From Lama guanicoe (Eukaryota), in contig MU056050.1 of assembly GCA_013239625.1 (NCBI GenBank), positions 978,084 through 1,042,083 of the forward strand: a stretch of DNA of 64,000 nt, read 5' to 3'. Positions 1 to 13,230 of this stretch are shown here, one piece after another. A program made the translations under genes and the position numbers. The notes below the pieces were generated by a model. It did no database searches, had not been told where the DNA came from, and worked only from the letters and a program-made list of their open reading frames with translations. How positions within the stretch are numbered: position 1 is the first letter of the stretch; each line of letters starts with the position of its first letter.

Positions 1-14
1 ATTACTTCTTCATC

Positions 15-320
15 TCTCTATTCAGGTGCACATTCCTGAAATATTTACTATGTAAATAAATGACGTAGTAGACTTTATTACTGTTCTAGGCGACGGAAAT
101 GCAGTATGATTGGTCTCTTTTGCCCAGGATCTAAGAGTTTATATGAGAGTCAGATTATAAACAATCATGATGCAGGATTATAAATGGCATGAGAGAGGGA
201 GGTACAGTGTATAATGGTGACACGGAAGAGAGATACGTAACTTTCTCAGGTAATACAATCTTAACTTAAATGAACTAGCAGTTCACTGAAAGGAGATGGT
301 AATGGCAGAGTGTTCAGGAA
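15..320 (-). mobile_element. LINE-2 3' region fragment (ancient)
   Basis: 'aaatatttactatgt...ctgttctaggcgacggaaatgcagtatg...tggtctcttttgccc' resembles the reverse of the L2 3' end. Highly diverged. Confidence 0.55.
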
Positions 321-1429
321 ACCTGATATGCTGGTGGGGGAGAGATTTGTGGGAAGATGGGCCTCTCAATTCCACCTAAATAGAGCATCTTTGTCATTTG
401 ACAATTGAAAAAGATGATGCCTTCATTTTATCCTTTGACATCTATTCAGTGTTATTTCTAAAGTGAAATGCTCAGAAGAGTCAATAGACTGTTCCCTTTT
501 TATATTGCTTTGACTAGGTGTCAGCAATTCCAACCATATCAGATCATTTATTACTCTGAGAAAATCCCTTGACAAACTCAGAGATTAATTTATTGTTGGT
601 GAGCTACTCAGGAGATATTTCTACTTCTTCCCATAATAGAGAGACATGCTCACAGTTCAGGCCAGGTTTGTTATTATGGCTTTGTATGAAATATAAGCAT
701 CTAAGAGAAGGGAATCAAAGCAAAATCTTGACTTGGTTTCAAATCAAAACCAAATCTCCATGCACTGTCAAAATCCTGGGCTTGCTTTATTGCAAGGGCA
801 GTTCATGCAGAGAAAAGATAAGAGTGCCCAGTAAACAAGTAGCTTTTGGATAGCAGATAAAACTGCAAAATGAAAGCACTTGACTGATGGATGGAAAATG
901 TTATTTGTCTGCCTTGAGTTGATATTATATTTTATGGGAAGTGAGGTAATACCTGTCTTGCAAGATTTACTAAGGTGAGAACAGACAAATTTCTTAAATT
1001 GTCCATTTGGCAATGAGTTTATATAACTTTAAGGTAAAATTAGTATTCTGTTCTGTCATTCCTAAAGAAAACTCCAGAAGCTTCTAACAGCAATATTTAT
1101 TGGAGGTTGGAAATGGGATAAATATTTCCTTTACAAGCCAGAAGAAGCTATAGAACATGCAGAAAGCGCAACTTCTTAGGTATTCCATGAGTAAAAGCTC
1201 TTTGTATCCACAAAGTCCTCTGCAGAGCAGGTTACATTAACTTAATTTTTAAGGCTCAGAACTCTTCAAAGGAATATTACTTTAAAAAGTAAATTATATA
1301 TTTTTTAATTTTCCCACTTTCACCTGCCAATCAACTATTTCAAACTTACAGGAGAATTCACTGTTTCTCCTCTTGGGCTAACCCTCAGCTATAATCTCAA
1401 GGTATTTGGGGACCTCCATGTTATGAGCA

Positions 1430-1640
1430 TTGGATCTGAAACATGATACTTGACTGTTGGATGTATTTGAATGTTGTCCCTGCTACCTGATAATTATAAG
1501 GACTTGGACTTATTGTTGAACTTCCCTGTACCTCAGTTTACTCATTTAAAAAATAGAGATAATAATCCTTACCTCATTATTTGTTCGTGAGACTGAGATA
1601 TTGATACCTTGAACATGGTAAATGTGCAGTTAATATTAAT
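1430..1640 (+). mobile_element. MIR SINE
   Basis: MIR core 'aacttccctgtacctcagtttactcatttaaaaaatagagataataatccttacctca'. Confidence 0.75.
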
Positions 1641-2992
1641 CACATTCCTGCCTTCGCAGGTTTCTTCTCCTTACGTTTGGTATTCCTGGAAAGCTCTGAG
1701 TTGAAAACTTTTCTTTGTATATAAGTGTAAGCTGCTAATTTCCATTATAAGTTTCAGCATGTTCAATCAGAGCAAGGGTATTTTTCACCAGAAACTCCAT
1801 GTGTCTAATTTCCCCTATATACTTGAGTTTGAAGACTTGCCTGCAGGGGTAAGGGATTTTTTATTTTAAGTTCAGGCTCTCCTTAGCTAGGAATCCTCAT
1901 GCAGAGAAAGCTCCTACTGAGTACAAAGGGTCCTTTGCCTAAAAAAGAACTGTAGGACTTGGCCTACTGTGTATAGATATTTATTCCTTATTCAACAGAG
2001 TTTTCAAGATATAATGAGCATAGTTTTCTTCCTGCCCTGTCCCCCAAGGGGTGTCTTAGACAACATACCTGCAAACGATCTGCATTCTGTAAAGGATGCA
2101 ACACTCATTTGATCTAGTTCAACAGCATAGACTTAAAAAAAAAATACAAGAAGCCCTTCTCTGAGAGAGGGAATGGTATAGTATATTTGAAAGTCCATTA
2201 TTTTGACCTTATCAGGGATAATGAATTGGTATGATAAAAATGAAACTATAATTGGCAATAGTTGAATTTACAAATCATTACTGTGGTAGGAAGGGAATTA
2301 TAATTTTCTCTGGTTTTTGGTGAAGGGCATAAATGAAACTACTTCTGACTCTGGGAAATATTATGAAATGTATATAATTAAGATAAAATTAACACAGATA
2401 TGGAAAGAGTGCTCAAGATGGCAGAGTAGGAATACCCTGAGAAGACCAAAACCAGCTCAGAGGCACCTTTGACCCCTTAGCCAGTTTCTCTGAGAATCCA
2501 GCCCCATTCACTAGTAGACCATCATCAAATTTTGGACACCTTGGATGCTGTAGACAGCCATGTCAGAGACCTGCACCAACCACCAGCTTGCTGACACTAG
2601 ATCCAGAATTCCTGTCCCCACAACCACACCCTCTAGAAAATGACTTTGCCCACCAGTGACCAGCACTAGCCCTAGGATACCCAGATCTCCACGAACACCC
2701 ACCTCATGACTTGCTCCTGCCCACCATGGCCTGCAGCCTCCACATAAGGCACAGCCTGGCAACCAGCCATACTAGGGGACAGCCATGCCTACCTGACCAC
2801 CCCCGATCATCAACCCACTACAACAGAAGGGCCCATGCAGCCCACATAGTGGTCACCCCTAGAGCATATAGCTCTGGTGACCAGAGGGGAGTGCACTGCT
2901 GAGACCCATCTTATAAAAGGCCTCTTATCTAAGGTTGGGAAACATAACTAACCTACCAAATAGATAGAATTAAAAACAGCAAATTAGGCAAA

Positions 2993-3879
2993 ATGAAGTG
3001 ACAGAGGAATATGTTCCAAACAAAGGAATAAGATAAAACCCCAGAGGAACTGTGTAAAGTGGAGATAAGCAATCTACTTGGTAAAGAGTTCAAGGTAGTG
3101 ATCATAGAGATGCTCAAATAACTTAGCTGCATAATAGATGAACAGAGCAAGAAGTTAGAAATCTTTAATGAAGAGTCAGGAAACAAAAAGAAGGACCAAA
3201 CAGAGATAAGGAATAAAAAAACTGAAATAAAAATTATACTAGAAGGAATCAGCAGTATTAGGTAATGCAGAGGAATGGATCAGTAAGCTGGAATACAGAG
3301 TAGTGGAAATCACTGAAGCTGAATAGGAAAAAGAAAAAAGAATAAAAAGAAATAAGGAAAGTTTAAGATCTCTGGGACAACATCAAGCATATTAATATTG
3401 AGATTATAGGGGTTCCCGAAGGAGAAGAGAGAGATAAAGGGGCAGAGAATATATTTGAAGACATAATAGCTGAAAAACTTCCTTAACCTGGGAAAGGAAA
3501 CAGACATCCAGGTCCATGAAGCACTGAGTCCCAAATAGGAAAAAACCAAAAAGGACCACACCAAAACACATAATAATTAAAATAGAAAAAGGTAAAGATA
3601 AAGAGAGAATATTAAAAGCAGCAAAGGAAAAGCAACAAGTTACATAAAGGGCAACTCCCATAAGGCTATCAGCTGATTTTTCAGCAGAAACTCTATATGC
3701 TGGAAGGGAGTGACATGATCTATTTAAAGTGATGAAAGGGAAAAACTTAAAACCAAGACTTGGCAGGGCTTTCATTCTGTTTGGATGAAAAAATCAGAAG
3801 TTTTACAGACAAACAAAAGCTAGAAGAGTTCAGTACCACCAAAGCAGCTTTATAAGAAATGTTAAAGGGGCTTCTCTAG
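2993..3879 (+). pseudogene. L1 ORF1p remnant (multiple stops and frameshifts)
   Basis: ATG at 2993 reads MK*QRNMFQTKE*DKTPEEL. Internal 'IIGVPEGEER' and 'IRLSADFSAETL' are ORF1p motifs. Ends '...gaaatgttaaaggggcttctctag'. Confidence 0.9.
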
Positions 3880-4357
3880 GTAGAAGAGAAAAGGCACAAC
3901 TAGAAATATGAAAATTATGAAAAGAAAAAGCTAATTGGTAATACAGGCAAATATCTAACAAAGGTAGCAAGTCAACAACATATAAAGCTAGTAGGAAGTG
4001 AAAAGACAAAACTAGTAAAATCATCCATCTGTATCCACAATAAGTAGTAAAGGGATAACACAAAGATGTAAATTATATCAAAAAAAAAAACAGTAAATGT
4101 GAGGGAGGATAAAAATGCAGGATTGTTAAAATGTGTTTGAACTTAGGAGGTCAGAAACTTAAAATACCCATGTATATAAGTAGATTGCTATACATAAACC
4201 TTATGGTAACCACAAACCAAAAGTCTACAATAGATACACAAAACAGAGAAAGGAGTCCAAATGTAACACTAAAAGATAGTCATCAAGTAACAAAGGATGA
4301 GAATAAAAGAAAAAGGGAAAAAAGATCTATAAAAACAACTGAAAAATAAGGAACAAA

Positions 4358-6405
4358 ATGGCAATAAGTATATATTTATCAATAATTACTTTAAGTGTAA
4401 ATGGCCTAAATGCTCTAATCCAATGACATAGAGTGGCTGAATGGATACAAAGACAAGACCCATATATATGCTGCCTACAGGAGACTCACTTCAGATCTAA
4501 AGACAAAATGAAAGGGGATGGAAAAATTATTCCATGCAAATGGAAATGGAAAGAAAGCTGGGGTAGCAATACTTATATCAGACAGAATAGACTTTAAAAC
4601 AAAGACTGTAATATGTGACAAGGTCATTATATAATGATTGAGTAATCAATCCAAGAAGATAGAATAATTATAAATATATATGAACCCAATATAGCAGCAC
4701 CTAAATATTTAAAGCACACATTAACAGAGATAGAGGGAGAAATTTACAGTAACACAATAATAGTAGGGACTGTAAAATATCAATGGACAGATCATCTAGA
4801 TAGAAAATCAGTAAGGAAACACTGGCTTTAAATGACACATTAGTCCAAGGTGACCTAATAGATATTTGTAGAAGATTCCATCCCAAAGGAGCAGAATACT
4901 CATGCTTTTAAAGTGCACATGGAACATTCTTCGGGATAGATTACATGCTATGCCACAAAATGAGTCTCAGTAAATTTAAGAGGACTGAAATCATACCAAG
5001 TATCTTTTCCAACCACAATGCTATGAGACTAGCAAGAAAAAAACTGCAAAAAGTACAAACACATGGAGATTAAGCAATGTGCTACTAAACAACCAATGGT
5101 TCACTAAAGAAGTCAAAGGGGAAATCAAAAAATACCTGGAGACAAATTAAAATGAAAACAGAAAGATCCAAAATCTATGGGACCCAGCAAAAGCAGTTGT
5201 AAGAGGGAAGTTCATAGCAATGCAAGCCTACCCCAGGAAAGAAGAAAAATCTCAAACAACCTAATCTATACCTAAAGGAACTATTAAAAAATAAAACCCA
5301 AATATAAGGAAAGGAAGGAAGTCATAAAGATCAGAGCAGTCATAAATTAGAGACTAAAAAAACAATACAAAAGATCAATGAAACTGAGAACTGGTTCTTT
5401 GAAAAGATAAAGAAAATTGATAAACCTTTAGCCAGACTTGTTAAGAAAAAAGAGAGGAACCAAGTCAATAAAATCACAATGTAAAAGAGAGAAGTTACAA
5501 CACCACCACAGAAATACAGAGGATTGTAAGAGATTCCTATGAACAGCTATCTGCCAATAAAATAGACAAACTTGAAGAAATGGACAAATTCCTATGAATG
5601 TATCATTTCTCAAGGTAGAACGAAGAGTAGGAAATATGAACAGACCAGTTGCCAGTAATGAAATTTAATCAGTAATAAAGAAACTCCCAACAAACAAAAG
5701 TTCAGGAACAGATGGCTTCACAGGTGAATTCTCCCAAACATTTAGAGAAGAATTCACAACTGTCCTTCTCAAACTATACCAAAAAATTGCAGAGGAAGGA
5801 AAACTTTCAAACTCATCCTATGTGTCCAGCATCACCCTGATACCAAAACCAGACAAATATATCACAAAAAAAGAAAATTACAGGCCAACGTCACTGATGA
5901 ACATACACGCAGAAGTCCTCAACAAAATGCCATAAACCAAATTCAACAAAACGTTAAAAGAATCATACATCATGATCAAGTGGGATTTATCCCAGGGATG
6001 TGAAGATGGTTCAATATCCTCGAATCAATTTATATAATACACCATGTTAACAAATTGAAGGATCAAAATCATATGATCATCTCAGTAGATGCAGTGAAAA
6101 CTCTTGACAAAATTCATCATCCATTTATTATAAAAACTGTCAACAAAATGGTTATTGAGAGAACATACCTCAATGTAATAAAGACCATATATGACAAGCC
6201 CACTACTGACATCGTACTCAATGGTGAAAAGCTGAGAGCATTTTCTCTAAGGTCAGGAAGAACACAGGGATGCCTACTCTTATCACTCTTATTCAGCTTA
6301 GTTTGACAGTAATAGGTACGGCAATCAGACAAGAAAAAAATAACAGAACTCCAAATTGGAAAGTAAGATATAAAACTGTCACTGTTTGCAGATGATGTGG
6401 TACTA
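4358..6405 (+). pseudogene. L1 ORF2p remnant (APE endonuclease plus N-terminal RT), disrupted and truncated
   Basis: ATG at 4358 reads MAISIYLSIITLSVNGLNALI. 'CCLQETH' endonuclease motif present. ORF 6055..6306 (NHMIISVDAVKTLDKIHHPF...GRTQGCLLLSLLF) is an RT segment. TTT GCA GAT GAT = FADD at 6385-6396. Confidence 0.93.
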
Positions 6406-6549
6406 TTAATTATGTAATATGTTTGCATGGTGACAGATCTTAACTAGAATTACTGTAGTGATCATTTTGAAATGTATAGAAATACTGAATTGCTATGTTG
6501 TATACCAGGAACTAACATAGTGTAGTAGGCCAATTAAAATTCAAAAACA

Positions 6550-6703
6550 CTCACAGTGAAAAAAAATGTGACTATGAATATATGTATGTTCATGTATAAC
6601 TGGAAAATTGTGCTCTACACTGGAATTTGACACAACATTGTTAAATGACTATAACGCAATAAAAAAAATTTTTTTTAAAAGAGAGAAACCAGGCACAGAA
6701 AAA
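6550..6703 (+). mobile_element. Younger, severely 5'-truncated L1 3' end nested in the host L1 3' UTR
   Basis: Perfect 14-bp TSD aaaattcaaaaaca (6536-6549, 6704-6717), AATAAA at 6658 and an A-tail. Same 3' end type as the minus-strand copies at ~18330 and ~21755. Confidence 0.85.
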
Positions 6704-8004
6704 AAAATTCAAAAACAAACTCATAGAAAAATTGATTAGATTTGTGCTTACCAGAGATGGGGACTCATGGCAGGGGGAAATGGATTAAGGCAGTCTAAAG
6801 GTACAAACTTTCAATGAATAATGTAAATAAATACTAGGGATATAATGAACATGATAAATAAAATTAACTTTGGTGTATGTTATATTTGAAAGTTATTCAG
6901 AATAAATCCTAAGAGTTCTCATCATAAGGAAAATATTTTTCTTCTATTTTTTGAATTTTGGATCTATATGAGGTGATGGATGTTCACTGAACTTTTTGTG
7001 ATAATTCATAAAGTATATGTCAGATCATTATACTGTATACTGTAAACTAATACATATCTGTCTGCCAATTATATCTCAGTAAAACTAGATGAAAGCAATC
7101 AGGTAGACTTGAGAGAAAAAATTAACAGTTACTATTCAGTCAACCAAGTACTGAGCATATATTTATCCCCAAATCACCACCTGCCCAGAATAGTCTATCT
7201 CTGGGATATATAGAAAATATGGCTCCTGCTCTCAAAGTATTTACAGAAGTTTGAAAATCATGAGTTATATATGTAAAGCAGTAAATGGGACAGAGTAAAC
7301 AACATGTTATTATGGGCACTTTATGTTTCAAAAAATCTTCCTAAGATTCTTTACTTACTTCTACCAAAAATTTCTACCAAGTTTTCTCGTAATACTAACT
7401 AATTCACAATGGGATTTAAAAGACCGATAGCTGATTTTTTCGAGATAACAGTGGAAGTGGGAAAAATAGATAACTAAGCATCAGAAAGTTAAAGGGGCTT
7501 GAGGGGATGTGTGTTGGGAGAGGGAATAGTATGAAAAGGACGAGTAATGGGATGCTAGAGACAGCTTTCTGCACAGCAGCTTTGCCTCTGGGTGTCTTTC
7601 CTGAAATCTGTGTGAACATATCCTTGGATAAGCATTAAATAGAAGCCTAGAAAGGCTAAGCCAAATCTCAATTTTGGCTATGATTTTGAAAAGTTATTTG
7701 TCTATTTTCTGTAGTTTATTTTTGGAACAACAATTATGTCTTGTTTGTTATTGTATTATTCTCAGCTCCTATTGTGCTAACACGTGATAAGTGCCTGATA
7801 TATATTTAATATATTTCCAAGAAGCTACTCTTCTTTCAGTTTTTTATTAATCTTTTTCATCCTCTTTGTGAGTTATTCTTTCTCCTTTTGGCCCTCAAGT
7901 TATAGTGTTCCTTGTCTCTATCCTCAGATCCTTATTTTTCCCTTTTACACACTTTCACCATGTCCATTTACTTTTCAGTAAGACCCGTTTTTTCTGATGA
8001 CCAG

Positions 8005-8270
8005 ACAGTGTACTGTGGTAACTTCACTTGCAGGCATGGCCTTTGGAATCAAACAAACATGGGTTCAAGTTCAGTTTACTACTTATGAGTTATGGGACCT
8101 GGGGCCTAGGAATACTTAACTTCTTTGATCCTTAGCTCACCCTTTTGTTAGAAGGGGTCATTGATAATACCTAATTCATAGTGTTATCATGAGACTTAGA
8201 TGAAATAATAAATGTAAATGAAATAGCACACTATTAGAAATTGAATGAGTACTCAGTAAATGTTAGCTGC
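8005..8270 (+). mobile_element. MIR SINE (near full length)
   Basis: 'ctttggaatcaaacaaacatgggttcaagt...acttaacttctttgatccttagc...gataatacctaattcatagtgtt...actcagtaaatgttagctg'. Confidence 0.8.
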
Positions 8271-9040
8271 TTTTACTTGTTTGTAAAGCTTTATTGTGGT
8301 ACAATTCACTTGCCATATAGTTCACCCATTTAAATTATACAATTCAGTGGGGTTTTGTTGGAAATTCACAGGGTTGTACAACTGTCAACACAATCTAATC
8401 TTACAACATTTTTTTATCCTCCCCAAGATCAGTAGCCACTGGCAGCCATTCTTCATTTTCCCCACCCCCAGTCCTATGAAACCACTAATACCTTTTCTTT
8501 CTCTTTAGATTTGACTGTTCTGGACATTTTATATAGATGGAATCATGCAACATAGAATAATACTTTCAAGTTTCATCGATGTTATAGCATGTATTAGTAG
8601 TTCATTTTTTGTTGAATATTCCATTGTATCAATATACAATACAAAATGTTTGCAATGCTTTTTATCCATCAGTTGACAAATATTTGGTGGTTTGTACTTT
8701 GTGGCTATTATGTATGCTCTGAACATTTGTGTACAAGGATTTGTGAGGACCTATATTTTTATTTGCCTTAGGGTATATTAGGAGTAGGTATATACCTATT
8801 GAGTCATATGGTAAGTCAGTGTTTAAGATTTTGAGGAAATGTGAAACTGTTATCCAAAGGAGCTTAAGTATTTTACATTCCCACCAGCAATATATGAAGG
8901 TTCCAGTTGCCCACATCTTCACTAACATTTGCTATTGTCTGTCTTTAAAAGAAATGTTAGCCATCCTATTGGGCATGAAGTGACAATCTCATTGTGATTT
9001 TGATGTACGTTTCCCAAAGCAGTAATGATTTTGCACATTT

Positions 9041-9472
9041 AAAAAAACTTATTGAAGTATAGTTGATTTACAGTGTTTCAGGTATATAGCAAAGTGATTC
9101 GGTTATACAGGTATATGTGTGTGTATGCATATATATGTGTGTGTGTATTCTTTTTCAGATTATTTTCCATTACAAGTTATTATAAGGTATTGAATAGAGT
9201 TCCCTGTGCTATACAGTAGATCCTTGTTGTTTTTCTCTTTTATCTATAGTAATGTGTATCTGTTAATCCTAAATTCCTAATTTATCCCTCCCCCTGTTTT
9301 CATCTTTGGTAACAATAAATTTGTTTACTATGCCTGTGAGTCTATTTCTGTTTTATAAATAAGTTCACTTGTATAATTTTTTAAGAGTCCATGTATAAGT
9401 GATATCATATGACATTTGTCTTTCTCTGTCTAACTTACTTAGTATGATAATATCTAGGTCTATTCATGTTAC
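9041..9472 (-). mobile_element. 5'-truncated cetartiodactyl-type L1 3' UTR nested in the older L1
   Basis: 'ttattgaagtatagttgatttacagtgtttcaggtatatagcaaagtgattc...gttccctgtgctatacagtag'. 11-bp TSD with 1 mismatch: tttgcacattt (9030-9040) / tttgtacattt (9473-9483). Confidence 0.85.
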
Positions 9473-9539
9473 TTTGTACATTTTTATATGCCTAATTGAT
9501 AATTGTGCATCTTCTTTGGAGAGAAGCCAAATCAAATCT

Positions 9540-10126
9540 TGTGATATAATAAGAAATATATATTTGGTCTCTGTCCATAGTTCCTGGCTCAGAACTCCTT
9601 AAACCCTTGTAATTTCCTGAGTAATGGGGATGATTGGAACATCTTACACAGATCTCTTAAATCTCTTAGAATTTCCTGGGTGATAGGGATCATCTTTTGT
9701 TCAAATCAGGCAACTCTTTGGTGAGCTCCTGGTTAACTTCAGGATAGGAGCTAGTCATCAGAAGGATCAAGCCATGATTTTAATCTTGAAACTCTCAGCC
9801 TCATCCCCATCCTGTGGAGAGGGGCTCTACATTGAGTTAATTGATCCTAATTAGGGGGAGGTTGTAGGAACCTCTGACTTTGTAGCCAAGATGGACAGAA
9901 ATATCCTGGGGACTCATTACTTGGGACTGGCATCTGAAGCAAGGGCAGTCTTGTTAAACTGAGCCCTTAAACCTGTGGAGTCTGACGCTAACTATCTGGA
10001 GTAATGTTAGATTATATTATGGGACACCCAATTGCTGTCCTGAGAGTTGGAAAATTGGTTGGTGTGGGGAAAAACTTGCACATTTGGTGTCAGAAGTGTT
10101 GTGAGTGAAGAAACAGTTTGTCTTCA
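9540..10126 (+). mobile_element. MER21-family solo LTR nested in L1
   Basis: Starts TGTGATATAATAAGAAATATATATTTGGTCT and ends '...catttggtgtcagaagtgttgtgagt...tcttCA'. Flanks aatct/gatct. The host L1 reads through on both sides. Confidence 0.85.
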
Positions 10127-12037
10127 GATCTATTACCATATTTTAATTGGGTTGTCTTTTTATTATTGAATTATAAGTGTTCTTTTGTATATTCTCAAAA
10201 AGCTCTCTTCTTATCATATGTATGATTTTTAAAAATTCCCTCCCATTATGTGAATGGTCTTTTCACTTTCTTAATGGTGTTTTTTTGAAGCAGAAAAGTT
10301 TTTAATTTTCATGTAGTCCAATTAATGCTTTTTTTTTCTTTTGCCAGTTGTGTTTTTGGTGGCATATCTAAGAAATCATTGCTCAATCCGAGATCACGGG
10401 TATTTACTCCTTTCTTTTCTTCTTAGAATTTGATGGTTTAACTCATATTTAGATCTATGATCTATTTTGAATTACTTTCTATTTATGATGTGGTGTAAAG
10501 GGTCCAATTTCATGCTTTTGCAAGTGGATATCCATTTGTCCCAGTGTCACTTGTTGGAAAGGTTATTCTTCCTCTTTCAATTGTCTTGGCATCCTTGTTA
10601 AAAAAAAAATCAATACATCATAAATGTATGGGTTTATGTCTGTACTGTCATTTTCATTCCATTGATCTATACATCTATACAAGATGTTTTTAACTTTTCA
10701 GTGTCAACATCTTACATTTTTTTTTGGTAAATATGTATCTAAGCATTTTGTTTTTTATACTATTGTAAATGACATTTACATAATTTCATACTTGCAGTTT
10801 TGATTTTTTATTGCTAATGTGTAGAAATAGTTAATTTTGATGAATTGATTTTGTATCCTGCAGCCTTTCTGAACTCATTTATTTAATAGATTTTTTTTAA
10901 TGGTTTCCTGAGGATTTTCTATATAGAAGATCATGTAATCTGCAGAGTTTTAGTTCTTCCTTTCCAGTCTAGGTGTTTTAATTTTTTTCATTCCTAGTTA
11001 CCCTATCTAGAGTTTCCAGTGCAATGTAGAATAGAAGTGGTGTAAGCTGATATCTTTGTCTTGTTCCTTAATTTAGGGAAGGATTTCAATGTTAAACTAT
11101 TAAGTATGATGTTAGCTGTGGGTTTTCATAGATGCCCTTTTTCAGGCTGAGGAAATTCACTCCTGTTCCTAATTTTTGAGTCTTTCTATTATGTAAAGGT
11201 ACTAGATCTTATCAAATGCTTCTTCTGTATCTATTGAGATGATGATGTGGGTTTTGCCCTTAATTCTTGCAAGGTGTTTATTATATTGACGTTTTAATGT
11301 TGAATCAACCTTGCAATCCTGGGATAAATCCCACTTATTTATGATGTAAAATCCTTTGATACATTTCTTGATTTGGTTTGCTAGTATTTTGTTGAGAACT
11401 TTTGTGTCAATATTCATGTTATTAGTCTCTATTGCTTTTTATCCTACTATTTTTGTCTGGTTTTGATACAAGGGCAACATAAATCTCATAGAATGAGTTT
11501 AGAAGGTTCCCTTCTCTTTATTTTTGTTTCTTTTGGAAGAATTTGTGAAGGATTGTGTTTATTCTTTGAATATTTGGTGGAATTCAACAGTGAAGCCATG
11601 CTGAACTTTCTTGTATTGTGGAATTTTTTTTTAAATTACTGATTTAATTTTTTTACATTTTATAGATCTGTTCAGATTTTCCATTTCTTCTGAGTCAGTT
11701 TCAGTGGTTTGTGTCTTTCTATGAATTTGTACATTTCCTGAGTTATTTATTTTTTTGTCAAATGGTCACATATAACATTTCCTTAATATTTTCAAATTTT
11801 ATAAAATATATATTCTCCCTTTTTTCCATAGTAAGTCTAGCCAGAATTTGTCAATTTTGTTGATCTTTTTCAGGAATCAACCTTTGGTTTCATTGATTTT
11901 TCTCTATATTATTATTCTCTATTTCTTATTTCCTCTCTAATCTTTAGTATTTTCTTCTGTTTTTATTTTGTTAGGTTTACTTTGCTCTTATTACTCTACT
12001 TTCCTATAGTGGGAGATTAGATTAGTGATTTGAGCCA

Positions 12038-12195
12038 TCAGTGTGCCATAGGTTAACATCAGCTTAACTGAGTCAACTGTACACATCTATTCCCAACTCT
12101 GCATTCAGTGTTGTCACATTCATAGTGAAATCAGTCTAGGTTGGGGTATTTACACCACAGAAATTAGCAAATAATGCACTAATTATACTACTGGC
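12038..12195 (+). mobile_element. MER63-like hAT-Blackjack non-autonomous DNA transposon
   Basis: 'catctattcccaactctgcattcagtgttgtcac...gtatttacaccacagaaattagcaaa' matches the recalled MER63A core. Confidence 0.7.
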
Positions 12196-13029
12196 TTTAT
12201 TAGATGAACCTTAGGGCTACCCTTCTAGGTTTCATTGAAATTTTAGAATTTTTTTCAGTGCTTCCTGTCAAAGATATTCATACTTAAAACTTATGCTTAG
12301 ACATTTCTGGACTTAATAAATTCTTCAAGTCATGAGCAAGTTGTTATCTTCAATTTTAGGGTTAGAATATTAACCACTTATTTTAGACCTATGTTCTCAC
12401 CTTCATTTTCTTGCATTGGTATCTGCAGTGTTTGTGGTGATGAAATTTTAACATGATAAATCTTTTGAACGTGGAAGTGGATGTTCAGAGCATGTTTGGA
12501 TAAGGGCATTGGCTGAGCTAGCTGTACCTGTAATTATTTTCTCCTGCAGTTTGCTTATTTTTTGCAGGCATGAATACACAGCAGCCACCTTCTGGAGAAC
12601 TTAAAGCAAACACTCCAGTCTGACACCTGGCTGTGAAGTACAATCAGGTGCAGAATCAGCCTCTGTTCACGTGCCTTATTCCTACTTAAGTTGGCTACAA
12701 GGAGTTTTTATTTTAAAGTTGCTCTTGAGTCATGACCTTTAATGACAAGCCTCAGCCAACATTGATTGATTATAGCTGAGTTACAAAGTGCCCCTACAGC
12801 ATTCAAAATGGAAATGCTGACCATGTGTGCCTTTAGTAGAGCCACGCTAGCAGGTGCAGCAGGATAGCAGTTCATAAGAAGGTGGGTCAAGTATTTGAAG
12901 CTGAAGGAATTATTGAGAATCTCTTAATTATTAAGAGATCCATGTGCATAGAATTCACTTTCTATTAGGAACTTCTTTCAGAAAACCAGTTAATTTTTCT
13001 AAGATGATAGTGAAATATATTTGCAAATC

Positions 13030-13230
13030 TATTCAAATCTTGGTTGTGCCATTTACTAACCGTGTGACTTTGGTCATATTTCTTCAGTTCTTTAAACCTC
13101 AGTTTCCTCAACTGCATAATGGAAATAGCATAATGTATAATGTGCTGTATAATGGAAATCTGCCTTGCAAGGTTGAAATGAAGGCTACATGTAGGTATGT
13201 ATATTCATATGCATCTAGCATCATAAACGT
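13030..13230 (+). mobile_element. MIR SINE
   Basis: 'ttcaaatcttggttgtgccatttactaaccgtgtgactttgg...cctcagtttcctcaactgcataatgg'. Confidence 0.8.

Larger units (their letters stand above)
2405..7095 (+). mobile_element. LINE-1, 5'-complete but degenerate, with an internal deletion after the RT FADD motif (laurasiatherian L1, L1MA9/L1_Carn-like 3' UTR)
   Basis: 5' start 'CAAGATGGCAGAGTAGG' (YY1-type L1 start), C-rich 5' UTR, decayed ORF1 and ORF2, and a 3' UTR ending '...ccaattatatctcagtaaaactag'. Possible degenerate TSD aaaattaaca at 2385-2394 and 7118-7127. Confidence 0.95.
8285..12037 (-). mobile_element. Old L1 (L1MB-like) 3' UTR plus ORF2 fragment, interrupted by two nested insertions
   Basis: 3' end 'gctttattgtggtacaattcac...ttcacccatttaaattatacaattcagtgg'. 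ORF 11202..11417 (MNIDTKVLNKILANQI...IIISIDTEEAFDKI) is L1 RT. ORF 8662..8928 resembles the ORF2 C-terminus. Confidence 0.9.

Noticed and set aside
12545..12655. Acceptor-like ttttttgcAG followed by ATG (MNTQQPPSGELKANTPV*)
   Set aside because: The frame stops after 17 codons, the donor is weak and I recognise no homology.
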